From Xylographa opegraphella (taxonomy: Eukaryota): a DNA stretch of 64,000 nt. The position numbers and the translations under genes were made by a program. The DNA lies in contig JALDZX010000005.1 of assembly GCA_022813865.1 (NCBI GenBank), forward strand, positions 310,001 through 374,000, given 5' to 3'. The notes below the pieces were generated by a model that was not told where the DNA came from, searched no databases, and worked only from the letters and a program-made list of their open reading frames with translations. Within the stretch, counting starts at the first letter, position 1. Each line of letters starts with the position of its first letter. This document shows positions 1 through 11,544 of the stretch, piece after piece.

Positions 1-62
1 TGAAGAGGGAACATATTAGCCACCATATCGTGCTCTGACAATCTCTCGATCTGACCTCGATA

Positions 63-422
63 CGTGGAGTGAACTCAGTTGAGCGTTTTGCAATCCCACC
101 TGAGATCGGAAAATATTCGCGGGCAGACGACTGGTCGTCGCATGTATGTTCACCGTTGCGCCAGTTTGAGGCAGAGCCAACATAATAGCTACATCCTCAT
201 CAGATGTGCAATGTACATTCTGTACATCGCTGGATCGCGATGCATAAGTGGGCTGAGCTTGTTTTGAGAGAGCAACTGGAAGTCGTTCGAATGTTTGTAG
301 TCAAGGCTTTTCGCCAAGCCTTCCGCCCCAAAAATCCTGGGAAGGCACTAACTAGGGTTATAGACAACATTAAAATTGCTCTCCATGCTCTCCCCGATGT
401 TCAAGTAACTGGTTCTCGCTAG
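63..422 (+). CDS. Possible 3' end of a hypothetical gene (partial)
   Basis: An open frame from ~63 joins ORF 204-422 through a phase-0 GTATGT...CAG intron (144-203). No family recognised. Confidence 0.3.
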
Positions 423-584
423 ATACCATTCATCTAACATGTTACGAAGTCAAGCCCAAAAAACAAGTATTCCCATCTCCCCCTGCGAAGCCGTCACACC
501 TACCCAAAAGACCTAATCAAAGAATGAAACCCCATCCCAGATCCCCTACATTCCCACCCCCAATCCGCTCCCTCCACCAAAAAT

Positions 585-2680
585 TTACTTCCTGCGAAAA
601 ACCTCCTCGCCCCTAACCACCACAAAGAACCCGCCCGCAATCATCACGGCCGTGAAACTCATCACCGCGGCGAAAACCCAGCTGTTCCACGCCGCGGCTA
701 CGATCTGCTCCTCAGTGGCCCAGAGGATGATCCAGGCTTTAGTGCCAAGACCGAGCACGCTGCTCTCGCACCAGCAGTTGTTGTAGACGTTGGTGAACTG
801 CAAGATGGAGATCAGGAGGAGCCAGATGGCGTTGAGGGAGCCGAGGAGGACGCCGAGGAAGCGGGTGAGTGGGATGAGGGGGAGGAGGAAGGAGGGCGGC
901 AGAGGTGGGATGGACAAGGGGGGGGAGGGAGGCAGGGTGAGGGAGGAGTGGGCTGTTGTTTGTTGGGAGAGGAGGGAGCCTAGTTCGATGTCTGAGGCTG
1001 CGGCTGTGGTAGATGGTTGTGGCGGATTGCTAGACTCAGTGCATAGGGTGTACTGGTGAGAGAAGTGGGCAGATAACGCGAGGAGTGCCCAGGAGAGGGT
1101 GGCCATACTGCCGTAGAGGAGGTAGGCCCCTGACTCACAGCCGAGACCGACTACTGGAGTGCTATGAATGCTGTCAGTGCCATAAGGGGGTATTGGGAGG
1201 ATCTCACCTACTTATATGCTGTCAAGATCGCGGCCCCGGTAGTACCCCATTGCAGAACGACGCCAATGAACGTAGAGAGTAGGTAGTGCCAATTCATGTA
1301 ATGGCTGTCTCTTGAAGGCAGACGATAATTTGGCGGGTATATATAGGCTTCCATCTCCTCCGGACTACCATGTAAATTATCTTTCCACTGTCTGACATCG
1401 TAGTTCCAGCCGATCTCTTTCCTATGAACTGGGTGTCTGGCCTCGAGGCGCGCGTTCAGCGTCTCGAACGCGTCAATGACGAGTCTCGAAGTGTAAAAAT
1501 GCGACGAAGCTCTTGCGTAGTTGAATATGGGGCCAGGCTCCATCTCGAAACCGGCGATGGAGATTCCGTACAACGTACGAGGCGGCGGCTTCTCATGAAG
1601 CAGACGTCTGCAACGCTCAAGATCTGACCCGGTTGATGAAAATTCATCGCTGCTTCGATCTCGGAATCCTATCATCCTATTTGTCACTCGTCGCAGCGGT
1701 TCGTAGACCCCTGAAGCGCTCTCTTCTGACACTAATGCTTCCGCTGTCATTAATGCATCGCGAATAGTGCTTGACGATCTCTGGGTCCCCACCCAAACGA
1801 AACCGAGCGTGACCGGAATCATCCAGATCCAGAGGCTATTGATGGCAACACCTATGCCCATTGTACTATTATCCACGGTTGCATTGAAGAAGTCAGAGAT
1901 CGCACTGATCACGGCGAGGATAACCCATATTACCTGCGCAAGCAGTGAATATGTCCTGAATCCCGTCAGCAACACGGCCCATCAAGGAAGAAAGCACCTC
2001 AGCTCTAGAGCATACAGAAGCTTCATCACGTACCATTCTCGTTTCGATTTGAGGACTTCTTTCCGGAGCGTGTACCACCATGCTCTATTTTCAGGCGACA
2101 CTACCAGCTGCGCAAGCGTGCTCCGACTTCCGCTCGCCTCCAGAGGAATGTGCTGACTCTCCCTCAAGAAAATTCTTGCCGCCTCCATAGTCTTGACCTG
2201 CTTCCCCAAGACCTCTTCATTCCGATCACACAAAGCGCGAAATCGAATGTTAATCCATCTGCTATTCAACACCGTCAAGCAGAGAGAATACGTGATCAGC
2301 ATCGGGCTTCCGACGGCGAGTAGAACTGACAGCAAGTTGGTCGAGCTGTCTCTGGTCTCGTATGGAAACTGCGCTGTAAGTGCTAGCCATGGCAGAACCC
2401 AGCTAGATACGCTGGTAGAGAAAAAGTACCAATCAAAAGCTTCCCAGCCGGAGCCGCAGAGAGCAATGCACTTGGCGTAGATGATTCCCCATGCATTGTT
2501 GGGATCGTTGGTGAAACTGCCGCTACTATCCACAAGGAACGAAGCATTGAAGGCATCTGTGAAAGTCGTAATGGCATTGATTTGGCACTGAGAGTAATTG
2601 AAGAGTCCGGCAGCAGACACAACGGCGGGAAGGAGAAATATAAGGGTTTTTGAAATGCCAACAGACATGACGGAAGACAT
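585..2680 (-). CDS. Uncharacterised fungal multi-pass membrane protein with signal peptide (3 exons)
   Basis: ORFs 1982-2689, 1208-1975 and 585-1106 are joined by GT-AG introns. The product has a signal peptide, a Cys-containing ectodomain, several TM segments and the motifs WVLPWLALTAQFP, TPVVGLGCESGAYLLYG and YNNCWC. Confidence 0.75.
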
Positions 2681-3700
2681 GATCAGCAAGAGAGAAAGAG
2701 AGTTTGGAGGTCGATGCGATTGTCTTTAAGGAGCAGAAAGAGAACTCGAGAGGCGAGGGGGAGTCATTTATCATCATTGTGATCGCCGTCAGAGAGCCTT
2801 TCGAGTGGCGATCTCCTACCAGCCTCGTTGTTTTGGACACACCATCTGCCAAAAACCCCTAGTAGAGCGCGTGATAAATATCGATAGCTTTAATCCAACC
2901 TGTTCGTGTATTCGGGAATCAAAAAACAAAGCCACATGTATCCACAACCACATCTCGAACCCGAAAATCACGCAGCCCCGTTCCGCAATAAACAAAGGTA
3001 TCCACACATCTTCGAAGGGTTTTTAGAGAAAAAAAACCGGTACAACACGATACGTATGAAAAAACAAGGCAGAAGTCCGTGAAAAGGGCAATCAGCACCC
3101 TACAAATGAACACAATGATACAAAAAGCAAAAACAGCCGCTGAAGATGCCACGAGGCAAATCCAAAAAGCCACATACGCACATTACCACCATGGCGTGCA
3201 TTGAAGGACTCATGCCTGAATCCTTAGGCAGCGATATAAATGTCACGTGTAACAGGGGTAGGATAAGATACAAGCTACCGAATAGTGCAACCTACTGGTT
3301 ACTCGATATGTACTAGGTGCGTCTGTATATGGTATACATGCATTTAATACCTGAGCACCTCTAGAGAATGCTCGTGGGTAATAACGATAATATTCAGTAG
3401 TTGAATATGTGCAAGGTGGACCATAATAAGCTATGTACTCCAGACAGCATTCCGTTCTCTTCATGGCACGGCAAACCGTCCCGCTGTTTTTCTCCGACCG
3501 ATTTCAACGATCCCGTATGGGTGTCTGTCCAATCCCAGCCCAGTCATGCTGCTTTTTCGTATAATCTATGGTATCAATGCTGCCCGACCCCTCTCACGTA
3601 ACGCCCTTTGGGCTTGCTCAAGCCAAGTCCCATTCCCAGTATAGCCAAAACTATTTTTACCAAAATTTCGTAAACAATAACATACTGGAAATCCTCCGAA

Positions 3701-5233
3701 TCAACGGAATTCTAAGTGGAATCGATTGTATCTGGGGTTTGGCGCACCGCACTTCTGGCACGGCAAACCCCTCTGCGACTCGTTATTGAGCACATATACA
3801 CAATCCGAGCAAAAGGCACGGATACATTCCGTACACGCGTAGCTGTCTTTCAGCGGAGTCACGCGATGACACCTGGCACAGTAAACCTCCACAAGCCGGG
3901 AGAAGTTTGGACTGGAGTCCGAGTTCGAGAGACCGGAGGAGCGCATGTGGAAGTTGTGTCCGGATTGAGAGGACTCCATTGAGGATTCCACGGACGGGAA
4001 GGGTTCTATGCCGTCCTCTGGAGGCGGAGGCGTGAGTGTCAAGGTGTTCTGCAGTGGGGACGCTTTGTAGGTATCGAAGTGGTTAACAGCGGAGGCGAAT
4101 GGTGGCAACGAAGACCGCTTGACCGACGCAGGGGACTGAGGGATCTTGGGCTTGTCAGTCGCAATCTTTTGACGGCATTCTGAACGGGACCTTACGGGAG
4201 TGAGATCACGGTCAGAGTCAGCCTCGTTTGCTGACGCCGCAGCTTCCACCAGATCTTCCCACCGCGAACCCATGGAAGACATTGCATTGGGCGGCTCAGC
4301 GGAGAAGGCTTTCCGACCTTCGATACTCATTCTCCTGCTATGGTCGTTCGACTTTTTTCTCTCGTGTTTCGGTAAGCGGGCGGTCTGTGAAAGTGAAGGC
4401 TTGGTGAGGGAGGGTTTGCGAGGTCTCGGCCTCTGGAACGGCGGAAGCGTCGTTGACCGTCCCGGAGGAGAATTGGCCATGATGGATGGTAGCAGCTCTC
4501 TAGGTCGTGGAGATTGGAATGGCGGGAACCTTTCGTGCGGAAAAGGATTTTGTAACGGTGGAAGCTCTATCGAAGAGCTGTGTCTCGCAGGCTCGGTATC
4601 CTATATTGAGTGTTTAGCCAATGCCACTCCCACAACGACGCTGAAAAGAGCGACTGACAGCATCCGAGTCCCAATCAGAATCTGGTCTCGTGTTATGCAG
4701 CTGGGCGAGAGCTACAGCTGCCGTCGCAGCTGCTGGGTATGCATCTTCCAGGTTCCGTGGAGGGATGGGCGAGCTGTAACCCAGTGGATGTGCATCTCTA
4801 TCATGTCCATAGCTCGCATTCTTCAGCCTTCGATTGTCCTGCAAAGCATCCAAGGCCCTATTGGAATGTAGAAGCGGCCCAGGCGGCGGAATCGGCGGCG
4901 GGATCGGCGGATGGGCCTGCGGGGGAGTATTGATCATGAGCTGAAAGCTCTCCTCGGTCGCCGGAAGCTTGGGAATGTAGTGTGCTGAATGCGCTCGTCG
5001 GATATGCTCTTGCATCGAGCGATAGCGTTTCTCCTGCCATCCCAATCGCTGTTACCAATTGCAGGCAAGCATGAAACGAACAATGCATCAAAGACGCAGG
5101 CAGAAGCAAGAGGACTCACGCCGAGACACCGTTTCCGACAATTGGATCCATCGTTGTTCTTCAGCGGACAGACGACTTCGTGAGTCTGATCCGAGACGGA
5201 GAAAGAGCTTGTCAGACCTGATCTCGGCGGCAT
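3701..5233 (-). CDS. Fungal RING-finger-like protein with N-terminal Cys/His zinc motif (multi-exon)
   Basis: N-terminal VVCPLKNNDGSNCRKRCLG spliced to EKRYRSMQEHIRRAH; C-terminal CARC...CTEC...CSDC...CQKC; low-complexity Pro/Ser middle. Confidence 0.75.
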
Positions 5234-5682
5234 GGCCTGCTGCATATACCCTCGTCCAATGGATTGACGGGGGAAGCGACGAGTTTATAGCACCCACTGC
5301 TTGTCAAATGAGCAACAATGCAACAAAGAGAAACAAAATCGAAAGGAAAAGATACTAAAGGTATAGCAGCAATCAATTGGGGATGTATCAAATAGAGATC
5401 GAGAAGCTATTGGCAGCTGAAGGGATGCTTTTGCGGGTGAGTGTGTGCAGTGCTAGTCGGGGGAGTTGGGATGCAGGGTTGTGGTTATCGAGCATTGGTG
5501 GGGTGGATTGATTGAGGGGCTGCCACCCGCCTTTCATCTGTCATTATTCTTATTCTTTGGGGGGGGAATAGCAAGGAAGAGCTTCGATTTACCGAGGGCA
5601 AGAGTCCACCGCCACAGCCACAGCCCGCGCCACGCTCTAAGGCTGGTGCCTCGCATTAGATCCTGACCTGCGCACCACAAGG

Positions 5683-5702
5683 TACCTTACCTTACCTTAC
5701 CT
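5683..5702 (+). repeat. (TACCT)n pentanucleotide microsatellite
   Basis: taccttaccttaccttacct = 4 copies. Confidence 0.8.
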
Positions 5703-6891
5703 TATTCAGGCACCGATTCTTGCCAATGATGAAGAAGCCATGAACGCTTGCGATACAGAGAGAGAAAGAGGCCTTTGTCAACGCCCACGAGGTAGGAAAC
5801 AAAGGACTTTCAAGCTTCGGTCGCGCTGAGCAACTGGCACTGCCTGAGAAGTGAGTAGGTGAGGATGTGCGAAAGAGATTGGGAACGTCTGCAAGCATCA
5901 TCAGTCCAGTGCTCCTGAGACCGCCATAATCATAAAGAGAACAAGCCGATAGTTTGAAAGCCGCAAAGCATGGTTCTTTTGGAAGACCTCGTGCCTGGTG
6001 ATTAAACTGGAAAACGACCTGCAACAGCGATGCTATGGTGCTGCTTTGTGCTCGCCTTTGCTGTGCGAGTACGGCCACCTGCTTCTGTACAGTTGCGCCT
6101 CGTCACGTCGCAGAAGTGGAACGTGGATAAAGGGCAGGAGCGGGTCTTGCGACACGCTCGACGTCGGGACAAAACATCTGACTACTCGCGATCAACTGGG
6201 ATGAACAAGCACGTTCAGGGAACTCGCGTTTTGTTGGTGGCGAACATCCCCCGAATCGCATTGTGGCATAAAATCAGGTACTTGAGGATTGTCGCAATTG
6301 CCCATCTGGTGCCTCACCGATTCTCTCCTGGAACGGAGGCTCGTGAGGTCTTGAGATGAGCTGCAGGACCATATCTCCAGTGTTCATTAGACGAACTACT
6401 TTCCATCTGGGTCATCGAAGGGGTAGCAATTCCAGATGTTTCGGAAGAACCTTCCGCCGTTACACAAAGTCCGCCAACAAAGGAAGCAATCGACGATGAG
6501 CCGCCCTAAAGCCTGCCGGGGCTTTTGTCCGTACTGTGTAATCCATTCACCATCATTTCGAGTATCTGAGAAATAATTGTTATTGGATGGTAAGATGCAA
6601 GCCCTCGGGAGCTAGCGCCGGCGCCCGGTGGCTGCGATTCCGTCCCCCGTCTAAACTTGCCCCTTCCCACGTCACTTCTTCCTCGCCTTCCAGTGCCGCA
6701 ATCCGCACACCACCATCTTTAGAACCACTTTGCACAGCCATCCCGACTCGTCGCCATTGCTCTTCGCGGACATCGACACTTCCTAAAGACTTCGCTGTTC
6801 TGTTGCGCCGGGCTCGACTGATTGTGATGTCGTCGTAAAGGGCAAGTCGAGTCATCATGAGCACTTCACATCCATCTTGAGCTGCAGCATT

Positions 6892-8145
6892 ATGTCGTTG
6901 TCCGTCAGGCACCTCAATGGCGACTCTACCTTCCTCCTCACCTTCTCTCCGAAAGAGGATGCGCGCAACTCCACACCCTATGCGATCTCAGCGAACCGTT
7001 TCTCAATCCTGCTGGACCCATGGTTATCCGGCGACTCCACCATCTACCACAGGAAGTTCGCACTCGCAAGGCATACCGTCCCGAGTGCGATCGATCATCT
7101 ATCAGAAATCCCTCCGCCGAATGTCGTCCTGATCTCGCAGGAAAAGTCGGATCATTGCCACGAGGAAACCCTTCGCCAATTGGAGCCCTCATTGCGACAC
7201 ACAACAATCCTTGCGCAGCCAGCGGCGGCGAAGAAAATACGTGGTTGGAAATACTTCAACCCGTCTAAGGTTCTAGCCCTACCTGTATACTCTGATAGGC
7301 GACCGGATTCGGTATTACGCTTTTGCCTTCCGTGTCAAATACCAGGAGGCATTCCGGGAGAAGTCACCGTTGCCTTCATAAATGCCAGGTTGGACATGAC
7401 CGGTTTGCACAACGCCATCGCGTTGACCTATCGTCCACCCTCCGAGGTCCCATCGTTTGAGCCAACAACCACATTTTACAGCCACGATACCCGGCTCTCA
7501 GAGCTCGATCTACCCCTCCAAGGTTCTCCCTTCCTCGAGCAACTACCACCCACACCCCCCGAATCTCCACGAAGCACCACCGGAGTCTCCCCACCGCTCT
7601 CTCCTCGACCCGGCTCATTCTTCCCCATCACCGCCACCAACTCCATCTCATCCGCCGTCACCTCAGTGTCCACCTACAGCCCCTCGCGCCCGAAAACCAT
7701 GAGCGTCCTCTACTCCCCGCACGGCATCGCCTACGCCAACATCCTGCCCTACGCGCGGACCCACCTCGTCCCGAACGCGGCCCTCCCGCTGACGCTCCTC
7801 CTGCACGCCTTCGACCGCGTGCAGAACGTGTGGTACCTCGGCGGCAACATCAGCACCGGTATGCCGGGCGGCCTCGAGCTCGCGCAGAGCCTGCTCGCGC
7901 GCTACTGGATCAGCGCCCACGACGAGGACAAGCTGAGCAGCGGCTTCAGCGTCAAGAACTGCGTCACGCGCAAGCACACCCTGCGCGAAGTGCGCGCGCT
8001 GCTCACCGGCGCCCGGAAGGGCAGTCGCGCCCCCATCGACATCGTGGTCTTGGATTGCGGCGCCGAGATCCTCATCGAGGTCCCCCACGCGCAGATCCGG
8101 GTGCGAGAGCGGCCGGTGCCGATACCGGCGTGGCCGTTGGCGTGA
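6892..8145 (+). CDS. Metallo-beta-lactamase-fold protein of unknown function
   Basis: HLNGDSTFLL, ILLDPWL, ISQEKSDHCH, LYSPHG and WISAHDE motifs, with a Pro/Ser-rich insert. Confidence 0.7.
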   Translation: MSLSVRHLNGDSTFLLTFSPKEDARNSTPYAISANRFSILLDPWLSGDSTIYHRKFALARHTVPSAIDHLSEIPPPNVVLISQEKSDHCHEETLRQLEPSLRHTTILAQPAAAKKIRGWKYFNPSKVLALPVYSDRRPDSVLRFCLPCQIPGGIPGEVTVAFINARLDMTGLHNAIALTYRPPSEVPSFEPTTTFYSHDTRLSELDLPLQGSPFLEQLPPTPPESPRSTTGVSPPLSPRPGSFFPITATNSISSAVTSVSTYSPSRPKTMSVLYSPHGIAYANILPYARTHLVPNAALPLTLLLHAFDRVQNVWYLGGNISTGMPGGLELAQSLLARYWISAHDEDKLSSGFSVKNCVTRKHTLREVRALLTGARKGSRAPIDIVVLDCGAEILIEVPHAQIRVRERPVPIPAWPLA

Positions 8146-9079
8146 GCGCTTTTGGGGGGTGAGGATTCTTGCACCGGCTTGGCGTTTGGGTGGGAGGAAT
8201 GGCTGGGTAATTGGGTGGACGGGATGCATTCGTTGGGATAATGCGGTAGCAGCAGGAGGCATGGAATGATGATATACCACGGGCGTTTGGGAAGCAGGCG
8301 TTGTATCTGGCACTCGACAGAAGTGGCCGTTGGGGTCGGCGGCGCTGCGGCGTGGGCTGACTACGAGGTTTGACTGTTTGGTCGGACGGCTATTCCATCG
8401 CGACGGATCATTGTCTTTGGCGGCTCTGGTGGACGCTGCGCGGTCGCAGATGGCGCGGCGGTATGATGTTCTGTAGCGAAGCATATCCAACGGCTCTGCA
8501 CCGCTTAGCACGGCTCGCATACGGGATGATAGGCCGGCCGGCGAGAGTGTCACATTTCCAACCTATGCCCTTCCGTGCGGCGCGGTGCTGTTGGCTGTGC
8601 AAAGAGACAGTGGCGACGCTCTATCAACCCGGAGGGCTTGTCCGCTCATGCACCCGCGCGGGACACGTATCAAGGGGGTCTTCGCTCTATTTAGCTGGGC
8701 ACCGAAACGGAGCACAACCGACACGAAAGACCAAAAAAACCTCACATTACATTGCAGAACGAGGACGATGACATGTCATGCCATTGAACGGAAGCACCCT
8801 GCTATGCGGCTGCCAAACGCCGTGGGTGGAACACCTCCACCCACCCTTATTTTCGTGTCCGAACATGTTTTGTACAGATCCAAGGCCCTCAAACGCGGCG
8901 TCTCGATCCCAGAGGAGAGTTGATCCCCAGACGCCCCCCCCCCAAAACGCCCTCCCCAATGCCGCTAAAGCACCACACCACACTAACACAACCACCGCCT
9001 ATCGCCCTTCTCCGCCACACGTGGCCCTATCCCCTACTGAGCTTCCATCTTTCATCTCAGCCCGCAAAGGGCGAGCCAG

Positions 9080-10276
9080 CTAGATAACCTCCTCCCGCTC
9101 CCACCCGGTGCCCTTGATATTCTCGATCCCCTTCCCGGGATGCCTCCTGCCCGCATCCTTATACTCGCTCACGAACGGATTCGGATCCTCCCTCTGCGCC
9201 AGATTGCCCAGCGTATGGTTGACCTCGCGGTGCTTGGCCTCGTCGGCGCGGATGTAGAGGATGAGATCGCGAATGGTGCGCTTGCCCTCGGGCATGTTCC
9301 AGTAGCGGACGGCGATGTCGGGCGCCGGGGCGCGCTCGAACAGCGGCAGGTTGCCCGCGTCGATCTCGGCGAGGAAGCGGGTGTAGGTGATGACGGCCTC
9401 CTCCTCGAGGTAGCCGACGAAGCGGTGGCAGGTGCGCGGCGAGACGAGGTAGGCGAGGAAGAGGGCGTTGTACCACACGCCCTGCGCGCCGAGCAGCATC
9501 GCGCGCATGAAGCGCCCCGGCTCCGCCATCTTGAGGAAGGTGAGCAAGTGCATCCGCTCGTTGTACGCCTCCTCCAGCAGCGTCTCGATCCAGCCGTTGT
9601 CGCGCTCCAGGCGCCGGATCGAGTGCAGATGTCGCAGCGAGGCGGCCACCATGCCCGGCACGCCGGCGACGGACTCGAGGAAGACGCATCGGATGAGCCA
9701 CTTGCGCTCGTCCATGGGCGAGTACCACCCCGCGCGGCGCGCGGCGGCCGGGTCCTTGGTCCCCCGCGACACGGCGTGGTCGTGCGAGTAGCCGGTGAAG
9801 AAGTCCATGCCCATGCGGAGGATGCGCATCATGGTCAGCGCGACTTTATCCGAGAGCGTGGTGGCGGTGCGGTGGGCGATGGTGATGTCGTTCATCTGCT
9901 TTTCCGTGTAGCTGGGGGACGGCGTTAGCTTTGAGCGGAGCGGTGGTAGCGACGGGGGGGTTAGGTGTCGGGATTCAGTGAGACAGAGGGAAGTAGCAGG
10001 AGCGACGTACACAGGGTGATGCCATGCGGGCGGCGTGACTTTGATGTTGGGTGCATTGGCGGGTGGCGGGAAGACGTCCAGCTGGGTATGAGCTGTTGAG
10101 GCGAAGGCTCGTTTGGAGGAGACTGCGCTGTGCTGCAAGGCAGCTGTGGCGGGCCTCGCGGCGAATGACAGCGGTCTGGCGCCATAGCAGAAGGTTTGCG
10201 CTGCGTGGGTGAGCGTGGCCGTGGCGGCTTTGCTCGAAAGTGGTGCTTTGGTGATCCTGATCGTAGTGCCGTACAT
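9080..10276 (-). CDS. aox: Alternative oxidase, mitochondrial
   Basis: FLESVAGVPGMV, LLEEAYNERMHL, FVGYLEEEA and IRADEAKHREVNH di-iron motifs; N-terminal targeting peptide; probable in-frame intron near 9.91-10.01 kb. Confidence 0.97.
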   Translation of the reverse strand: MYGTTIRITKAPLSSKAATATLTHAAQTFCYGARPLSFAARPATAALQHSAVSSKRAFASTAHTQLDVFPPPANAPNIKVTPPAWHHPVYVAPATSLCLTESRHLTPPSLPPLRSKLTPSPSYTEKQMNDITIAHRTATTLSDKVALTMMRILRMGMDFFTGYSHDHAVSRGTKDPAAARRAGWYSPMDERKWLIRCVFLESVAGVPGMVAASLRHLHSIRRLERDNGWIETLLEEAYNERMHLLTFLKMAEPGRFMRAMLLGAQGVWYNALFLAYLVSPRTCHRFVGYLEEEAVITYTRFLAEIDAGNLPLFERAPAPDIAVRYWNMPEGKRTIRDLILYIRADEAKHREVNHTLGNLAQREDPNPFVSEYKDAGRRHPGKGIENIKGTGWEREEVI

Positions 10277-10617
10277 GTAGTGTGGAAGGTATATCAGGAG
10301 TGTGCGTTCAGAAATGAGAAATCGATGTGTGCTCTGGTATCTGAAGTAGACTAACAGATAATGTTCTTTTGCTGATGTGGAAGAATAAATCTAAGGCACG
10401 AAAAGAGTACAAGCGAGAGGCTGATATACGCAACGGAAGGGGAACCAGCTCGGCGACTAAGAGTTAGAGCACATGTGTCATCTGTCCACGAAAGAAAAAG
10501 AACCCGAGTGAATGAGGTCTACATTGCAAGCATTGCCCACTTGCGGACAAAGCAAATCGGGTTGCTTCGTGTTGTTGTTGTTGGCTGGGAAGGTCTCCAT
10601 AGAACGGGGCCCCCGAA

Positions 10618-10640
10618 CGGGAAAAGTCGGGTGATTACGG
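10618..10640. promoter_or_regulatory. Double (overlapping) alternative-oxidase induction motif CGG-N7-CGG-N7-CGG
   Basis: cgg gaaaagt cgg gtgatta cgg lies ~340-365 bp upstream of the AOX ATG. It matches the AOD2/AOD5 (AcuK/AcuM, RSE2/RSE3) Zn2Cys6 site. Confidence 0.75.
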
Positions 10641-11544
10641 AAATGTGATGGCGTGGGCGTGTCTCGTGATCGCGATATTTTAGATTAGACATGACTGTAC
10701 CCACAAGTACCCGGGTGTTTTTCGAAAATGATGAAGGAAGCCGACTACCTTAGCAAGTCGCCTGAATCATCCTGCTCCGGGAAAAAGTCGTGGCTTCCAA
10801 CTGACCTCGCCGACGTCGCCGCCGCCGCTCGCTCGCTTACTGTGGTAGGATCTATTCCTAACTTACCTTACGAAGTACAAGGAGCGAGGTAAGGTAATAG
10901 CTCCGGGAAAACCCTACTCCGGAAATATCCACCGTCCATCATACCTGTACCCCGTCCCACTGCGGAATATTACTTTTCGACCACTCCCGAAATACTTTTG
11001 TATGGAGGTCAATGGCCGGACCAAAGTCGTCTTCTCCTTTCGCTGGCGTCTGAGAAATTTACAAGTTGGAAGGCAGTACCTTCTGCATGTACGACACATC
11101 CTGCTGGGGCGATGGTGAGCCAGTGAAGCATACCTTACCTTAGGTAGTCTTGGACTCGTTCTCGGCTACTCTTCTACTAGCTTGGAGATTTGTTTCCCGT
11201 AGACTACTAAAAAGCTCTGTGCTCAACTCCAGTCCCTCGTCATGGAGGCGGAGGCAGTTGATTGAAACCTTGATGAAGTGTCCTCGAGTATTAAATCACC
11301 AAGAAATCTCAACAGCCAGACGGAGCAGACATACAAGTTCTTACGATATGTGACTAGATAGGTAATATATCCTGCTTTCTGCCTGTTCTTTCCCGATACC
11401 GACGGGAAGGCGCCCGTTCTAAACGTTCTAGAGCTAGGAAACGAATTCGTGCATCCGTAACCATATCGCCAAGGTACATTGCCTTACCTACCTAGGTACC
11501 TTGGGTGGATCACGCTGATGTACATGCTGACAAGGGATCTCGAT

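Noticed and set aside
9140..9928. Long antisense ORFs over AOX (and 7663-8553 over the MBL gene)
   Set aside because: Shadow ORFs caused by very high GC3 in the real genes.
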